DNA of 64,000 bases from Alphaproteobacteria bacterium (GTDB lineage: Bacteria > Pseudomonadota > Alphaproteobacteria > SP197): assembly GCA_964291415.2 (NCBI GenBank), contig OZ219918.1, positions 448,001 to 512,000 of the forward strand. Reading direction: 5' to 3'. Within the stretch, counting starts at the first letter, position 1. Every line of letters starts with the position of its first letter. The notes below the pieces were generated by a model. That model did not search any database. It was not told the origin of the DNA and saw only the letters and a list, made by a program, of their open reading frames with translations. Of the stretch, positions 1-10,297 are shown in pieces. The position numbers and the translations under genes are program-made.

Positions 1-622
1 CCTCGAGCGCCTGATCGGCGTTGTTCTTGAGTGGAACCTTCCTGCCGCCACGCAGTCCCTCGTCGGCCGTGATGAGAAAGCGCGAGTCGCAGTCGTGGAT
101 GCGGCTGGCAAGGGCGTCCGGCGAGAACCCTCCGAACACGACGGAATGAACGGCGCCGATCCGGGCGCAGGCGAGCATGGCCGAAGCCGCCTCGGGGATC
201 ATCGGCATGTAGATGGTGACCCGATCGCCGCGGCTCACGCCCATCCCGAGGAGGGCGTTGGCCATCCGGCAGACGTCTTCGTGAAGTTCCCGGTAGGTCA
301 GTGTGCGCGAGTCCTCCCCGGGGTCGTCCGGCTCCCAGATGATGGCTGCCTGATCGCCGCGCGCCGCGAGGTGCCGGTCGAGGCAGTTGGCCGCGACATT
401 GAGTTCGCCGTCCTCGAACCACCTGATGTCCACACCATCGTCGTAGGTCGTGTTCTTGACCTTCGAATAGGGCGTGATCCAGTCGATCCGCAGGCCGTGC
501 CGTGCCCAGAAGCCCTCCGGGTCGCGAATCGATTCCTCGTACATGGCAAGGTAGGCATCATTGTCGACATGGGCCCGCGAAGCCCATCCTGATGGAACGC
601 CATGGACAACTTCGTCGGTCAT
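1..622 (-). CDS. acs: acetyl-CoA synthetase, N-terminal part (runs off window start)
   Basis: Manual translation from ATG at 622: [64 protein letters not shown], a typical Acs N-terminus. Not in the ORF track because it is truncated. Confidence 0.92.
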   Translation of the reverse strand, partial: MTDEVVHGVPSGWASRAHVDNDAYLAMYEESIRDPEGFWARHGLRIDWITPYSKVKNTTYDDGVDIRWFEDGELNVAANCLDRHLAARGDQAAIIWEPDDPGEDSRTLTYRELHEDVCRMANALLGMGVSRGDRVTIYMPMIPEAASAMLACARIGAVHSVVFGGFSPDALASRIHDCDSRFLITADEGLRGGRKVPLKNNADQALE

Positions 623-753
623 GGGAACCTCGTCTCTGATCGCCAGGAAGTGTGGCCCGACACGCCTCCCGGAATCAAGAATCCACCACCTGGTGCCATT
701 GTCCCCTGACGGCACGGCGGGATAGTCTTGGCAGACGCGTGGCGGGGGGGATC

Positions 754-1500
754 ATGCAGCTCAGTCTTTCCACATGGCAGGAAGTGGAACACTACCTGGA
801 GTCGCATTCCGGCATCATCATGCCGGTGGGCTCCACCGAACAGCACGGCCCGGGCGGTCTGATCGGAACCGATGCCATCTGTCCGGAGATTGTCGCCCGT
901 CGTCTCGGCGAGGAGACCGGTGTTCTTGTGGCGCCCACCCTTGGCATCGGGGTGGCGCAGCATCATCTCGGTTTTTCCGGGTCGATGTGTCTGCGTCCCT
1001 CGACGCTCATGAGCGTCGTCCGGGACTGTGTCGTCTCCCTCGCCCGTCACGGATTCGACCGGTTCTTCTTTCTCAACGGGCACGGCGGGAACATTGCCAC
1101 CATCCATGCGGCGATCGCCGAAATCCACTCCGAGGTCTCGATGCGCACCAGGCCCGTGGAACGCCCCCTGCGCTGCACGCTGTCGAACTGGTGGGATTCG
1201 GCGGGCGTACGGTCGATTTCGAAGGAACTCTACGGGGCCGACGAGGGCGAACATGCGACGTGCAGCGAGGTCTCGGTCACCTGGTTTGCCTTTCCCGACC
1301 ACATCAAGAAGGTCAACCTTGCCGGAAGGGCGCCTGCCTGGTCGGGGTTCCACGATTCGGACGACTACCGCAGGCGCTATCCCGACGGGCGGATCGGCAG
1401 CCTGCCGTCACTCTCCACGCCCGATGCGGGACGTCGCCTGGTGGACGCGTCGGTGAAGGATCTTGCCGGCAAGCTCAACCGTTTTCTCGATGAACCCTGA
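754..1500 (+). CDS. creatininase/creatinine amidohydrolase family protein
   Basis: PVGSTEQHG..GTD, NGHGGN and HA..E motifs; start taken at MQLSLSTW. Confidence 0.88.
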   Translation: MQLSLSTWQEVEHYLESHSGIIMPVGSTEQHGPGGLIGTDAICPEIVARRLGEETGVLVAPTLGIGVAQHHLGFSGSMCLRPSTLMSVVRDCVVSLARHGFDRFFFLNGHGGNIATIHAAIAEIHSEVSMRTRPVERPLRCTLSNWWDSAGVRSISKELYGADEGEHATCSEVSVTWFAFPDHIKKVNLAGRAPAWSGFHDSDDYRRRYPDGRIGSLPSLSTPDAGRRLVDASVKDLAGKLNRFLDEP

Positions 1501-1533
1501 CTGGAAGTGGTGACGTATCCCATGGGCAATGTC

Positions 1534-3075
1534 ATGAATGGGGCCGAGAGCCTCGTGCGCACGCTCGTCAAAGGCGGGGTGGACACCTGTTTCACCAACC
1601 CCGGCACCTCGGAAATGCACTTTTGCGCCGCCCTCGACAAGGTCGATGGCATGCGGTGCATCCTGGGCCTCTTCGAGGGCGTGGTGACCGGCGCCGCCGA
1701 CGGCTACGGACGCATGAAGGACGACCCGGCGGCAACGCTTCTTCATACGGGTCCCGGACTGGGGAACGGTCTCGCCAACCTGCACAATGCCAGAAAGGCG
1801 CGCACACCCATCGTCAACATCGTCGGCGAGCACGCGACCTATCACATTGCCCATGACGCACCGCTGACCGCCGATATCGAGGGCATTGCCTGGCCGGTTT
1901 CGGACTGGGTGAGGACCAGCGCGGACGCGGTGTCGGTCGCCGCCGACGGGGCGGCGGCGATTGCCGCGGCGCGCACTTCGCCGGGGCAGATCGCCACCCT
2001 CGTTCTTCCGGCGGACACGGCGTGGAACGATGCGGAGGGTCCTTCCCCGGTTCCGCATGTCCCGGCGCCGCAACGCGTGGACGAAGCCCGGGTCAAGGCA
2101 TGCCGGGACGCGCTCACGTCCGGCGAGCCGGCGCTGATCCTGCTTGGCGGCCGGGCATTGCGCGCCGATGCAACCGAGTTGGCCGGGCGTATCGCCGAGT
2201 GCACGGGCGCTCTCCTCATGACCGAGTTCGCCGGCGCCCGCACGGAGCGCGGCGCCGGCCGGGTCAACCCGGAACGCATGCCCTATGTGGTTGATGTCGC
2301 GCTCGCCGCCACTGCCGGATTACGCCATGTCATTCTCGTCGGAGCGAAAATGCCGGTGGCTTTCTTTGCCTATCCCGGCAAGCCGAGCCTGCTCGTTCCC
2401 GAGACAGCCCGCCCGGTTGAGCTTGCGGGCGTAGCGGACGATGTCGTGGATGGTCTGGAGCGCCTTGCAGACGACCTCGGCGCCATGGGGTGCGAGCCCC
2501 GCCGCGAGCCGGCAAAGAGGCCAGACCCTGGCTCCGGGGATCTCGATATCCACAAGATCGCCGCGGCGATCGGCCACCTGATGCCTGAAGGGTGCATCGT
2601 CTCCGACGAGGCGATCACATCGGGACGCATGCTCCACCCCTACACCGCGGGATGTCCGCACCATGACTGGCTGTTCGGGACCGGAGGATCCATCGGCCGC
2701 GCCTTGCCCGAGGCGACGGGTGCGGCGGTTGCCTGTCCCGACCGCAAGGTGCTCTGTCTTACCGGTGACGGCAGTGCGCTCTACACGGTCCAGGCTCTGT
2801 GGACCCAGGCACGTGAACAGCTCGACGTCGTCACGGTGATCTATGCCAACCGGACCTACGCCATTCTCCACACCGAACTTCTGAATGTCGGCGCCACTCC
2901 GGGACCGAAGGCCCACGACATGTTCGATCTCGACCGGCCCGAGATCAACTGGGTCGAGATGTCGCATTCCATGGGTGTCGAGGCCCGGCGGGCGGACACC
3001 GCCGAGGAATTCAACGAGGCTCTCGCCGCCGGATTTGCGACATCCGGACCGTTCCTGATCGAAGCCAGGATCTGA
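1534..3075 (+). CDS. thiamine-pyrophosphate enzyme (acetolactate synthase large subunit-like)
   Basis: MNGAESL..NPGTSEMH, LFEG..TGAADGY, TPP motif GDGSALY..N. Confidence 0.88.
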   Translation: MNGAESLVRTLVKGGVDTCFTNPGTSEMHFCAALDKVDGMRCILGLFEGVVTGAADGYGRMKDDPAATLLHTGPGLGNGLANLHNARKARTPIVNIVGEHATYHIAHDAPLTADIEGIAWPVSDWVRTSADAVSVAADGAAAIAAARTSPGQIATLVLPADTAWNDAEGPSPVPHVPAPQRVDEARVKACRDALTSGEPALILLGGRALRADATELAGRIAECTGALLMTEFAGARTERGAGRVNPERMPYVVDVALAATAGLRHVILVGAKMPVAFFAYPGKPSLLVPETARPVELAGVADDVVDGLERLADDLGAMGCEPRREPAKRPDPGSGDLDIHKIAAAIGHLMPEGCIVSDEAITSGRMLHPYTAGCPHHDWLFGTGGSIGRALPEATGAAVACPDRKVLCLTGDGSALYTVQALWTQAREQLDVVTVIYANRTYAILHTELLNVGATPGPKAHDMFDLDRPEINWVEMSHSMGVEARRADTAEEFNEALAAGFATSGPFLIEARI

Positions 3076-3374
3076 ACGGAGCCGTCACGGTCGTGGTGGC
3101 ATCGCAGGTCGTCTTCCAGTCGGAGAACGCCATGTGCTGCAACCTGAGTCGGCGAGAACCGGACGTTGCCGCCGTGCTTTGACAATCCGTCGTCGGCGAT
3201 GCTGATCGCAGCAATCGCGGCGCCCGGAGATGCACGGTCGACGTGCGATGGCGCCACCTGACAGCCGCAGACTGCATTTGCACGGCCGTGGTAGGATTGC
3301 GGCCAAACGGGCTCCAGATGGTCGCAATCGCACCGGCATCGTTCACTTCCTGATTCCTTGAGAGACGAGAGAAC

Positions 3375-4292
3375 GTGGAACCCTTGAAGATCGCCACGCG
3401 GGGAAGCCAGTTGGCACGGTTGCAGGCCAACATCGTCCGCGAGGCGCTGATGGCGCGTCATCCCGACCTCGCAACGCCGGAACTGGTCGTCGTGCGCACC
3501 ACCGGCGACAGGGTCCGGGACCGCCCTCTCGCCGAGGTGGGGGGCAAGGGCGTCTTCACCGCGGAAATCGATCGGGTGGTGGCCCGGGGCGAGGCCGATC
3601 TTGCCGTTCATTCCATGAAGGACGTGGAAACCACCGTTGCAGCGCAGGTGGTGCTGGGCGCCATCATGCCGCGCGCCGATCCCCGCGATGCCCTGGTCTC
3701 GACCGTTGCCGCCTCGATCGGCGATCTTCCCGAAGGTGCCCGGGTCGGCACGTCGTCGATACGCCGCCGTGCGCAACTTCTCGGCCGGCGGCCCGATCTC
3801 GAGATCGTGACCTGGCGAGGCAACGTTGATACGCGCCTTGCCCGGTTGAAGGAGGGAAAGGCCGCAGCGACGCTGCTGGCGGCAGCCGGCCTGGAGCGAC
3901 TGGGCCTTCTGCACGAGGCGACGGCACTCCTAGACCCGGACGAGATGCTCCCTGCCGCCGGTCAGGGCGCCATCGGTGTGACATGCCGCGCCGGGGAGTC
4001 CGAAATCCTGGCCCTGCTGGAGACCATCGATGATGCGTCCACCAGACATTGTGTCGGGGCGGAACGTGCCGTCATCGCGGTCCTCGACGGATCGTGCCGG
4101 ACACCCGTCGCCGCCCTCGCCACACTGGACGGCGGCAACGTGCGGGTCCGTGCCCAGGTGCTGTCGGATGACGGCAGCCGGTGGACGATGAGTGAAGACA
4201 GGGGCGCGGTGGCCGAGACCGTGGGCAGGGCGGTCGGCGAGAGGCTGTTGAGTCGTGCAGGCAGGGATCTCTACGGGAGCCGGATTCCGTGA
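3375..4292 (+). CDS. hemC: hydroxymethylbilane synthase
   Basis: IATRGSQLA, GGKGVF, AVHSMKD, GTSSIRR, RGNVDTRL, cofactor Cys in GSCRTP. Confidence 0.96.
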   Translation: MEPLKIATRGSQLARLQANIVREALMARHPDLATPELVVVRTTGDRVRDRPLAEVGGKGVFTAEIDRVVARGEADLAVHSMKDVETTVAAQVVLGAIMPRADPRDALVSTVAASIGDLPEGARVGTSSIRRRAQLLGRRPDLEIVTWRGNVDTRLARLKEGKAAATLLAAAGLERLGLLHEATALLDPDEMLPAAGQGAIGVTCRAGESEILALLETIDDASTRHCVGAERAVIAVLDGSCRTPVAALATLDGGNVRVRAQVLSDDGSRWTMSEDRGAVAETVGRAVGERLLSRAGRDLYGSRIP

Positions 4293-5008
4293 CGGTTCTC
4301 GTCACGCGGCCGAAGAGGGACTCCCTTGCCTTTGCGGCCATTCTCCGGAGTCGCGGAATCGAGTCCCTCATTGCTCCGCTGCTGGAGATCGTCGACATCA
4401 CCATCACGCTCGGCGACCTCGACGATGTCCAGGGATGTGTGGTGACGAGCGCCAACGGCGCCGATGCCCTCGCACGGGCCACGGCGAACCGTTCTCTTCC
4501 GGTCCTTGCTGTCGGCACGGCCTCGGCAGCCCGGGCCAGGGAGCACGGCTTCGCTGGTGTCCATGCCGCCGGAGGCGATCTGGAGAGCCTGGCAGTCCTC
4601 ATCCGCCAGAACCTCGAGCCTGCGTCCGGGCGGCTTGTCCATGTGTCGGGCTCGAGAATCGCCGGCGACCTTGCGGGTCTCCTGGCGAGGGACGGATTCG
4701 TCGTCGAACGCGTAGTCGGCTATCATGCGGACGCTGCCAGCGGCCTTCCGCAGGCGGCCCTGGCTGCGCTTCGCGGAGGCGATCTTTTGGGTGTGGCGCA
4801 CTTTTCGCCGCGAACGGCTGCCATCTTCATGAAGCTCGTTCGCGAGGCGGGCGCCGATGCGTTCTTGCAGTCGCTCGTCGGATTCTGTCTGAGCGATGCT
4901 GTCGCCCGGAACCTCGAGGGATCGGGCTGGAAAGATCTGGTCGTGGCTCCTCGCAGTGATGCAGAGAGTCTTGCGGAGTGCATCGTCCTTGCCGGAGAAC
5001 ATTCATGA
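4289..5008 (+). CDS. hemD: uroporphyrinogen-III synthase
   Basis: VLVTRP, TSANG, AVG..SA, FSPRTA; overlaps the hemC stop (GTGA). Confidence 0.93.
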   Translation: MTVLVTRPKRDSLAFAAILRSRGIESLIAPLLEIVDITITLGDLDDVQGCVVTSANGADALARATANRSLPVLAVGTASAARAREHGFAGVHAAGGDLESLAVLIRQNLEPASGRLVHVSGSRIAGDLAGLLARDGFVVERVVGYHADAASGLPQAALAALRGGDLLGVAHFSPRTAAIFMKLVREAGADAFLQSLVGFCLSDAVARNLEGSGWKDLVVAPRSDAESLAECIVLAGEHS

Positions 5009-6069
5009 CGTCTGACGACAGCAGCGAGCCGGCGAACGACAGCACCAGCCACGCTCCCTGGGCCCGGAGACCGGTGCTGGCTGCAAAGCGGTACGCCGGA
5101 TGGTTGGCGTCGGGGATTCTCGTTCTGGTGGTGGCGGCCCTTGTGGCCGGGCTGGCCTGGCTATGGTCCGAGATGCGCGACACCACGGCGCGCCTTGCCG
5201 ATCTCGAGGAACGTGTGATTCACCTCGCTGTGGAAGACGGCGAGACGGATGTTGACCCGGCCGTGACGCATCTCACGCAACGTCTTGATGCGGCGGAAGC
5301 CGCTTTCGCCGCTGAAGGCGAGCTCCGCGCCGGACTGGAAGCGCGACTTGCCGAACTTGTCCAGCGTATCGAGCAGTTCGAAGAAGACCTGAAGGATGCA
5401 CCGCCCCCGATTGCTCCTGGCAGTGACATCAAACGCTCCGGTGTCGCGGACCGGGAACGAGCCCGCCTGATCGACATGCTTCGTCGGGAGGTGGCGACCC
5501 TTCGCGAGATGCTGGACACCCTCGCCGCCCGCTCCGGTGGTCACGGCGCAGCCTTCGTCGTCGCCGTTGGCCAGTTGCGGGAGGCCGTCGACAGCGGCCG
5601 GCCGTTTGTCGCGGAACACGAGGCCGTCGCCGTCCTCGAAGCGAATGATCCAGGGATCAAGGCAGACCTTGACATCCTGGCCCGTCATGCCGGCGCCGGC
5701 ATTCCCACCCATCGCGCACTCGAGGAGTCACTGGGGCACGTGGTCGCGTCCGCGAGCAGCGCGCTGAAGGTGGCGGCGGCAGGCGGATGGGTCGACGAGA
5801 CCCTGGCCCATATCGAAAGTCTCGTCACCGTTAGGCGGATCGACGGTGAGGAGCTTTCCGGTACCGGCAGTCCGGCGACGATTCGCAGGATCGAGGCGGC
5901 GGTGGCCACGGGAAACCTTGAAGAGGCGTTGCGGGAGATCGACTCCCTTCCGCTTGAGTCTGCCGGAACCATGGCCCAATGGGCCGGGCAGGCGAGGGCC
6001 CGCGTCGAGGCCGATGGCGCTCTCGATCGTCTCCATGCGCGGGCGATTTCCAGCGTCACGCAACCATGA
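5005..6069 (+). CDS. COG4223/mitofilin-like membrane-anchored coiled-coil protein
   Basis: Single N-terminal TM, coiled coil, GRPF..E and LVTVRR motifs; conserved position between hemD and hemY in Alphaproteobacteria. Confidence 0.8.
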   Translation: MTSDDSSEPANDSTSHAPWARRPVLAAKRYAGWLASGILVLVVAALVAGLAWLWSEMRDTTARLADLEERVIHLAVEDGETDVDPAVTHLTQRLDAAEAAFAAEGELRAGLEARLAELVQRIEQFEEDLKDAPPPIAPGSDIKRSGVADRERARLIDMLRREVATLREMLDTLAARSGGHGAAFVVAVGQLREAVDSGRPFVAEHEAVAVLEANDPGIKADLDILARHAGAGIPTHRALEESLGHVVASASSALKVAAAGGWVDETLAHIESLVTVRRIDGEELSGTGSPATIRRIEAAVATGNLEEALREIDSLPLESAGTMAQWAGQARARVEADGALDRLHARAISSVTQP

Positions 6070-7412
6070 TCGCTCTCGTCTTCTACGTCATTGTCATGGC
6101 CGCGGTGATCGGCGGCATCGTGTGGATTGCCGATCGCGGGGGCAGCGTCACCTTCGTCTGGGATGTCTGGGAAGTGACGACCGACACGCCGATCCTGATT
6201 CTCGGGATCCTTCTCCTCGTTGTCGTGTCGGTGGTTGCGGTGCTCCTTTTCCAGTGGATCTGGCGCGGACCGCGTCGCATCCGGCTCGCCCTGGGCGATC
6301 GCCGCAAGGAGAAGGGTTGGCAGGCGTTGACGTCAGGACTCGTGGCGGTGGCGGCCGGCGACGCCCCGGGCGCCCGGGCCCATGCGAGGAGAGCCGACAG
6401 GCTGCTCGACCGGCCACCGCTCACCCTGCTTCTGACGGCCCAGGCCGCCCAGCTCGATGGGGACGACAAGGAGGCGGACCGGCGCTTTCGCGCCATGCTG
6501 GAGCGCCCGGAAACGGAGTTTCTGGGCCTTCGCGGCCTGATGGCGGCGGCCCTGAGGAAGGGCGATCGCGAGGCCGCGGCGGAGTATGCACGCAAGGCCC
6601 ATGCTCTCAGACCCGATGCCGCGTGGGCCGCCGAGGCCGTCTTCGAGTTGCAGACAAGGGCAGGGGACTGGACCGCCGCCCGCCAGACTCTGAAATCCGC
6701 CCGTGATCGCAAGGTCATCGAGGCCGTACCGGGACGTCGGCGCCATGCTGTCCTGCTGGTCGAGGAAGCGGTGCGGGCCCACGAGGAAGGGCGCCGCGAC
6801 GAGGCGCTCAAGTTCGCCCGCACGGCTCACGGCGAGGCACCGGACCTGGTGCCGGCGGGCTGCATCCTCGCCCGGCTTCTCATCGACTCCGGAAAGGGAA
6901 CCCAGGCCGTTCGAGTCGTCGAAAAGGCCTGGAAGATGGCTCCGCATCCGGATCTGGCCGATCTCTACATCGAGGCCTGCAGTGACGAAGGGGCCAGCCG
7001 CTATCGTCGCATGGAACGTCTGCTCGACCTCAACGAGGATGACCGGGAGGCTCATGTGGCTGCAGCGCGGGTGGCGATGGAATCGAAGCTGACAGGTGAG
7101 ATGCGACGCCATCTCAACGCCATTGGCACGACGGGTCTGGCACCCCGGGAGATCCGTCTGTGGGTCGACCTCGAAACCAGCGAGAACAACGCCGAGAAAG
7201 CCGCCGAGTGGCAGACCCGCATGATCGAGGCGAGCCCGGACAGGACCTGGCAATGTAGCGGCTGTGGCCATATCACGCGGACATGGCGTGCTGTCTGTGA
7301 CGCATGCGGACGTTTCGACGCCATGGTCTGGCGCAGTCCGGGCACTGTGGAGGAGGCCCACTCTCCGGTCCTGGCATCACGCGCACCGGCTGAACCCGTG
7401 ACGCTGTCATGA
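6066..7412 (+). CDS. hemY: HemY-like TPR membrane protein (HemY_N family; not a protoporphyrinogen oxidase)
   Basis: Two N-terminal TMs, LLLTAQAAQL, ETEFLGLRGL, PHPDL, C-terminal CxxC..CxxC; synteny. Confidence 0.85.
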   Translation: MIALVFYVIVMAAVIGGIVWIADRGGSVTFVWDVWEVTTDTPILILGILLLVVVSVVAVLLFQWIWRGPRRIRLALGDRRKEKGWQALTSGLVAVAAGDAPGARAHARRADRLLDRPPLTLLLTAQAAQLDGDDKEADRRFRAMLERPETEFLGLRGLMAAALRKGDREAAAEYARKAHALRPDAAWAAEAVFELQTRAGDWTAARQTLKSARDRKVIEAVPGRRRHAVLLVEEAVRAHEEGRRDEALKFARTAHGEAPDLVPAGCILARLLIDSGKGTQAVRVVEKAWKMAPHPDLADLYIEACSDEGASRYRRMERLLDLNEDDREAHVAAARVAMESKLTGEMRRHLNAIGTTGLAPREIRLWVDLETSENNAEKAAEWQTRMIEASPDRTWQCSGCGHITRTWRAVCDACGRFDAMVWRSPGTVEEAHSPVLASRAPAEPVTLS

Positions 7413-7475
7413 GTGTTGAGCCATTGACCATGGTGCCGGCTTGCGACTAGGTTCCCCGCCCGACCGGGTGGCCCA

Positions 7476-7550
7476 GCCGAAGTAGCTCAGTGGCAGAGCA
7501 ACTGATTCGTAATCAGTAGGTCGGGAGTTCGAATCTCCCCTTCGGCACCA
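7476..7550 (+). tRNA. tRNA-Thr (CGT)
   Basis: GCCGAAG acceptor stem pairing with CTTCGGC, D-arm GCTCAGTGGCAGAGC, anticodon arm ACTGA-TTCGTAA-TCAGT, GTTCGAA T-loop, encoded CCA. Confidence 0.97.
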
Positions 7551-7574
7551 TTTTGCAGGACCCCTTTTGGAGCC

Positions 7575-8708
7575 ATGGCCGCATTCGATGTCATCATCAT
7601 TGGCGCCGGGGTGGTGGGCGCGTCCCTTGCCTGGCGCCTTGCGCCATCATGCAGGGTGGTGGTTGTCGAGGCGGAGGACCAGCCGGGCTATCACAGTACC
7701 GGACGATCAGCGGCCCACTACACCGACGTGATCGGTGGCGGGGTCGTCCAGGCTCTCAGCGCCGCGACCAGACCCTTTATCGAGAACCCGCCACCAGGAT
7801 TCACCGACGTGTCCCTGATCAGGAGGCGTCCCGTTCTCCTTCTCTTCGGGACCGAAACCCGGGACGCGGCATTCACGCGTCACGGGCTGCGCCACGTGAT
7901 CGGACACCTGCTCTTCGAACTCGATCATGAGGAATGTCTCCGGCGGTGTCCGGTCCTCAAGCCGGAGAAGATCGAATCGGGGCTCTGGGAACCAGCCGCC
8001 GGTGACATCGATGTCCACGCCATCCATGGAGCCTATCTGAGAGCGGCGCGAGCGTCCGGCGCCACCATGCTCCTCAACGCACCGGTTTCCGGAATGGAAC
8101 GCCGCAGTGGTGTCTGGCACGTGTCGGTGCCCGGAAGGACTTTCGAGGCGCCCATCGTGGCCAATTGCGCCGGCGCCTGGGGCGATGTGGTGGGCCGCAT
8201 GGCCGGGGCGGCACCGGTCGGCCTCGTGCCCATGCGCCGCACCGCCTTCACGTTCCGGGGGCCGGACGGCATGGACCACGGCGCCTGGCCGCTGGTGGCC
8301 GATGACGGCGAGAGTTTCTACTTCAAGCCGGAGGCCGGGCTGATTCTCGGATCCCTGGCCGACGAACAGCCAAGCGAACCCTGTGATGCCGCGCCCGAGG
8401 AACTGGACCTCGCCCTTGCCGCGCACCGGATCATGGATTGGACCACTCTCGACATCCGGCGCATGGAGAGCCGGTGGGCCGGATTGCGAAGCTTCGTCCC
8501 GGACAGGCTGCCGGTGACGGGATTCGATCCTGCATGCGAGGGGTTTTTCTGGAATGTCGGCCAGGGAGGCGCCGGCATCCAGACGTCGACAGGTCTTTCC
8601 GCCTATGCCGCCTGCGTCATGCTCGGCAACAGCCTGCCGCCGGACCTCGTCGAAGCAGGCCTGGATTCCGGGACCCTTTCGCCCTCGAGACTGGGCGGCG
8701 CCCGCTGA
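7575..8708 (+). CDS. FAD-dependent oxidoreductase, DadA/D-amino-acid dehydrogenase family
   Basis: IIGAGVVG Rossmann motif, GYHSTGRSAA, WAGLRSF, GQGGAGIQ. Confidence 0.88.
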   Translation: MAAFDVIIIGAGVVGASLAWRLAPSCRVVVVEAEDQPGYHSTGRSAAHYTDVIGGGVVQALSAATRPFIENPPPGFTDVSLIRRRPVLLLFGTETRDAAFTRHGLRHVIGHLLFELDHEECLRRCPVLKPEKIESGLWEPAAGDIDVHAIHGAYLRAARASGATMLLNAPVSGMERRSGVWHVSVPGRTFEAPIVANCAGAWGDVVGRMAGAAPVGLVPMRRTAFTFRGPDGMDHGAWPLVADDGESFYFKPEAGLILGSLADEQPSEPCDAAPEELDLALAAHRIMDWTTLDIRRMESRWAGLRSFVPDRLPVTGFDPACEGFFWNVGQGGAGIQTSTGLSAYAACVMLGNSLPPDLVEAGLDSGTLSPSRLGGAR

Positions 8709-8719
8709 TCTCCCGGTGA

Positions 8720-8738
8720 CAGCGGGCGCCGCCCGTTG
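8720..8738. terminator. short GC hairpin between convergent genes
   Basis: CAGCGGGC-GCC-GCCCGTTG; no clear U-tract. Confidence 0.25.
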
Positions 8739-8746
8739 ATGCGTGA

Positions 8747-10135
8747 TCAGGCTGCGTCGAGCAGGCTCTCCTGGCGGACGTACTCCAGGGTGTCGTCGAG
8801 TGCCGCCTTCAGGCGATCGAAGATCTGGTGAATCTGTTCTTCCTCGATGATGAGGGGAGGACAGACCGCGACGGAGTTCCCTCCGGCCGCCCGCACGATG
8901 AGGCGGTGCGCAAGGCATCGTTCGCCACAGTAGTTGGCGATGGCCGGCGGGAAGTTGTCCCTGGTCTCCTTGTCCCTGACGAGCTCCACGGCGCCGATGA
9001 GACCGACCCCCCTGGCTTCGCCGACGATCGGGTGATCGCCGAGGGCCATGAGCCGCTCCTGCATCACCGGCGCCACCTTGGCCACGTGGTCGGCAATGTT
9101 GATTTCGTCGTAGATCTTGAGGGTCTCCACGGCAACCGCCGCCGGAACGGGGTGGCCCGAATAGGTGAAGCCTGTCGCAAACACGCCGTTGTCGTCGGAG
9201 AAGTCGCGAATCGGTCCATAGACCTTCTCGTTCACGATTACCGCGCTGATCGGCAGGTAGGCCGAGGAGAGCTGCTTGGCCACGACCATGATGTCGGGCT
9301 TGATGCCGTAGGTGTTGGAACCGAACAGCTGGCCGGTGCGGTGGAAACCGCAGATCACCTCGTCGGCGATCATCAGCACGTCGTACTTCGCCAGGACGGC
9401 CTGGATCTTCTCGAAATAGCCGGTGGGCGGCACGATGACGCCGCCGGCGCCCATGACAGGCTCGGCGATGAAGGCGGCCACGGTCTCGGGTCCCTCGGCA
9501 AGAATCATCTGCTCGAGTTCCTCGGCCCTGCGGGTCGCGAAATCCTCTTCCGATTCACCCTCCAGGCCTTCGTGGTACCAGTGCGGTGAGCCGGTGTGCA
9601 TGATGTTGGCGATCGGCAGATCAAAGCCCTGGTGCATCAGCGGAATGCCGGTGAGGCTGCCCGAGGACACGCAGATACCGTGATAGCCGCCCAGGCGGGC
9701 GATGATCTTCTTCTTTTCGGGCTTGCCGCGGGCGTTGTTGTAGTACCAGACGAACTTCACCGCATGGTCATTCGCCTCGGAGCCGGAATTGGCGAACCAG
9801 ACACGCGCCATGGGGGCAGGCGACATGTCGATCAGGCGTTCGGCCAACTCGATGGACGGCATCGAGGAGCGGTGAAAGAAGGCGTGGTAGTAGGGGAGCT
9901 TGCGCATCTGCGCCGCCGCCGCCTCCACCAGCCGTTCGTTGTTGAAGCCGAGCGAGGTGCACCACAGGCCGGCGAGCCCCTCGATGTAGGTGTTGCCTTC
10001 GAGATCCTCGACATGGACTCCGTTGCCCTTCTCGATGATGAGAGGGCCTTCCTTCTCGTGAACCACCAGGTTGGAGTAGGGGTGGATGAGGGTTGCGGCG
10101 TCGCGCGCGTGGGGAGAGTTGGGGATGACGGTCAT
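8747..10135 (-). CDS. class-III PLP aminotransferase (omega-amino acid/polyamine type)
   Basis: GLWC, SGSEAND, FIAEPVMGAGG, DEVICGF.RTG, AKQLSS, GFTYSGHP. Confidence 0.92.
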   Translation of the reverse strand: MTVIPNSPHARDAATLIHPYSNLVVHEKEGPLIIEKGNGVHVEDLEGNTYIEGLAGLWCTSLGFNNERLVEAAAAQMRKLPYYHAFFHRSSMPSIELAERLIDMSPAPMARVWFANSGSEANDHAVKFVWYYNNARGKPEKKKIIARLGGYHGICVSSGSLTGIPLMHQGFDLPIANIMHTGSPHWYHEGLEGESEEDFATRRAEELEQMILAEGPETVAAFIAEPVMGAGGVIVPPTGYFEKIQAVLAKYDVLMIADEVICGFHRTGQLFGSNTYGIKPDIMVVAKQLSSAYLPISAVIVNEKVYGPIRDFSDDNGVFATGFTYSGHPVPAAVAVETLKIYDEINIADHVAKVAPVMQERLMALGDHPIVGEARGVGLIGAVELVRDKETRDNFPPAIANYCGERCLAHRLIVRAAGGNSVAVCPPLIIEEEQIHQIFDRLKAALDDTLEYVRQESLLDAA

Positions 10136-10297
10136 GGCGGGTTCCTCACTGGCAGGTCGGGTCTTGTGCCGTCCTCTTTAGTCCACTTCCCCACAGAAGG
10201 CCACACTCCCGGGACGGTCAATCGCGACTCGCCGGCATGGTCCATGGCCGCTATGGTGACCGGCATTCGCCACGCCACGCAAAGCGGTTCTCCATTC

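Noticed and set aside
7476-7550. tRNA-Thr as an integration site for an island
   Set aside because: No integrase follows and I saw no duplicate of the tRNA 3' end elsewhere in the window (visual scan only).
9596-10297. N-terminal 234 aa of the 1391-aa ORF as a novel IOR fusion domain
   Set aside because: Mostly antisense to the aminotransferase gene; IOR homology begins at MPEGEVSL (10298).
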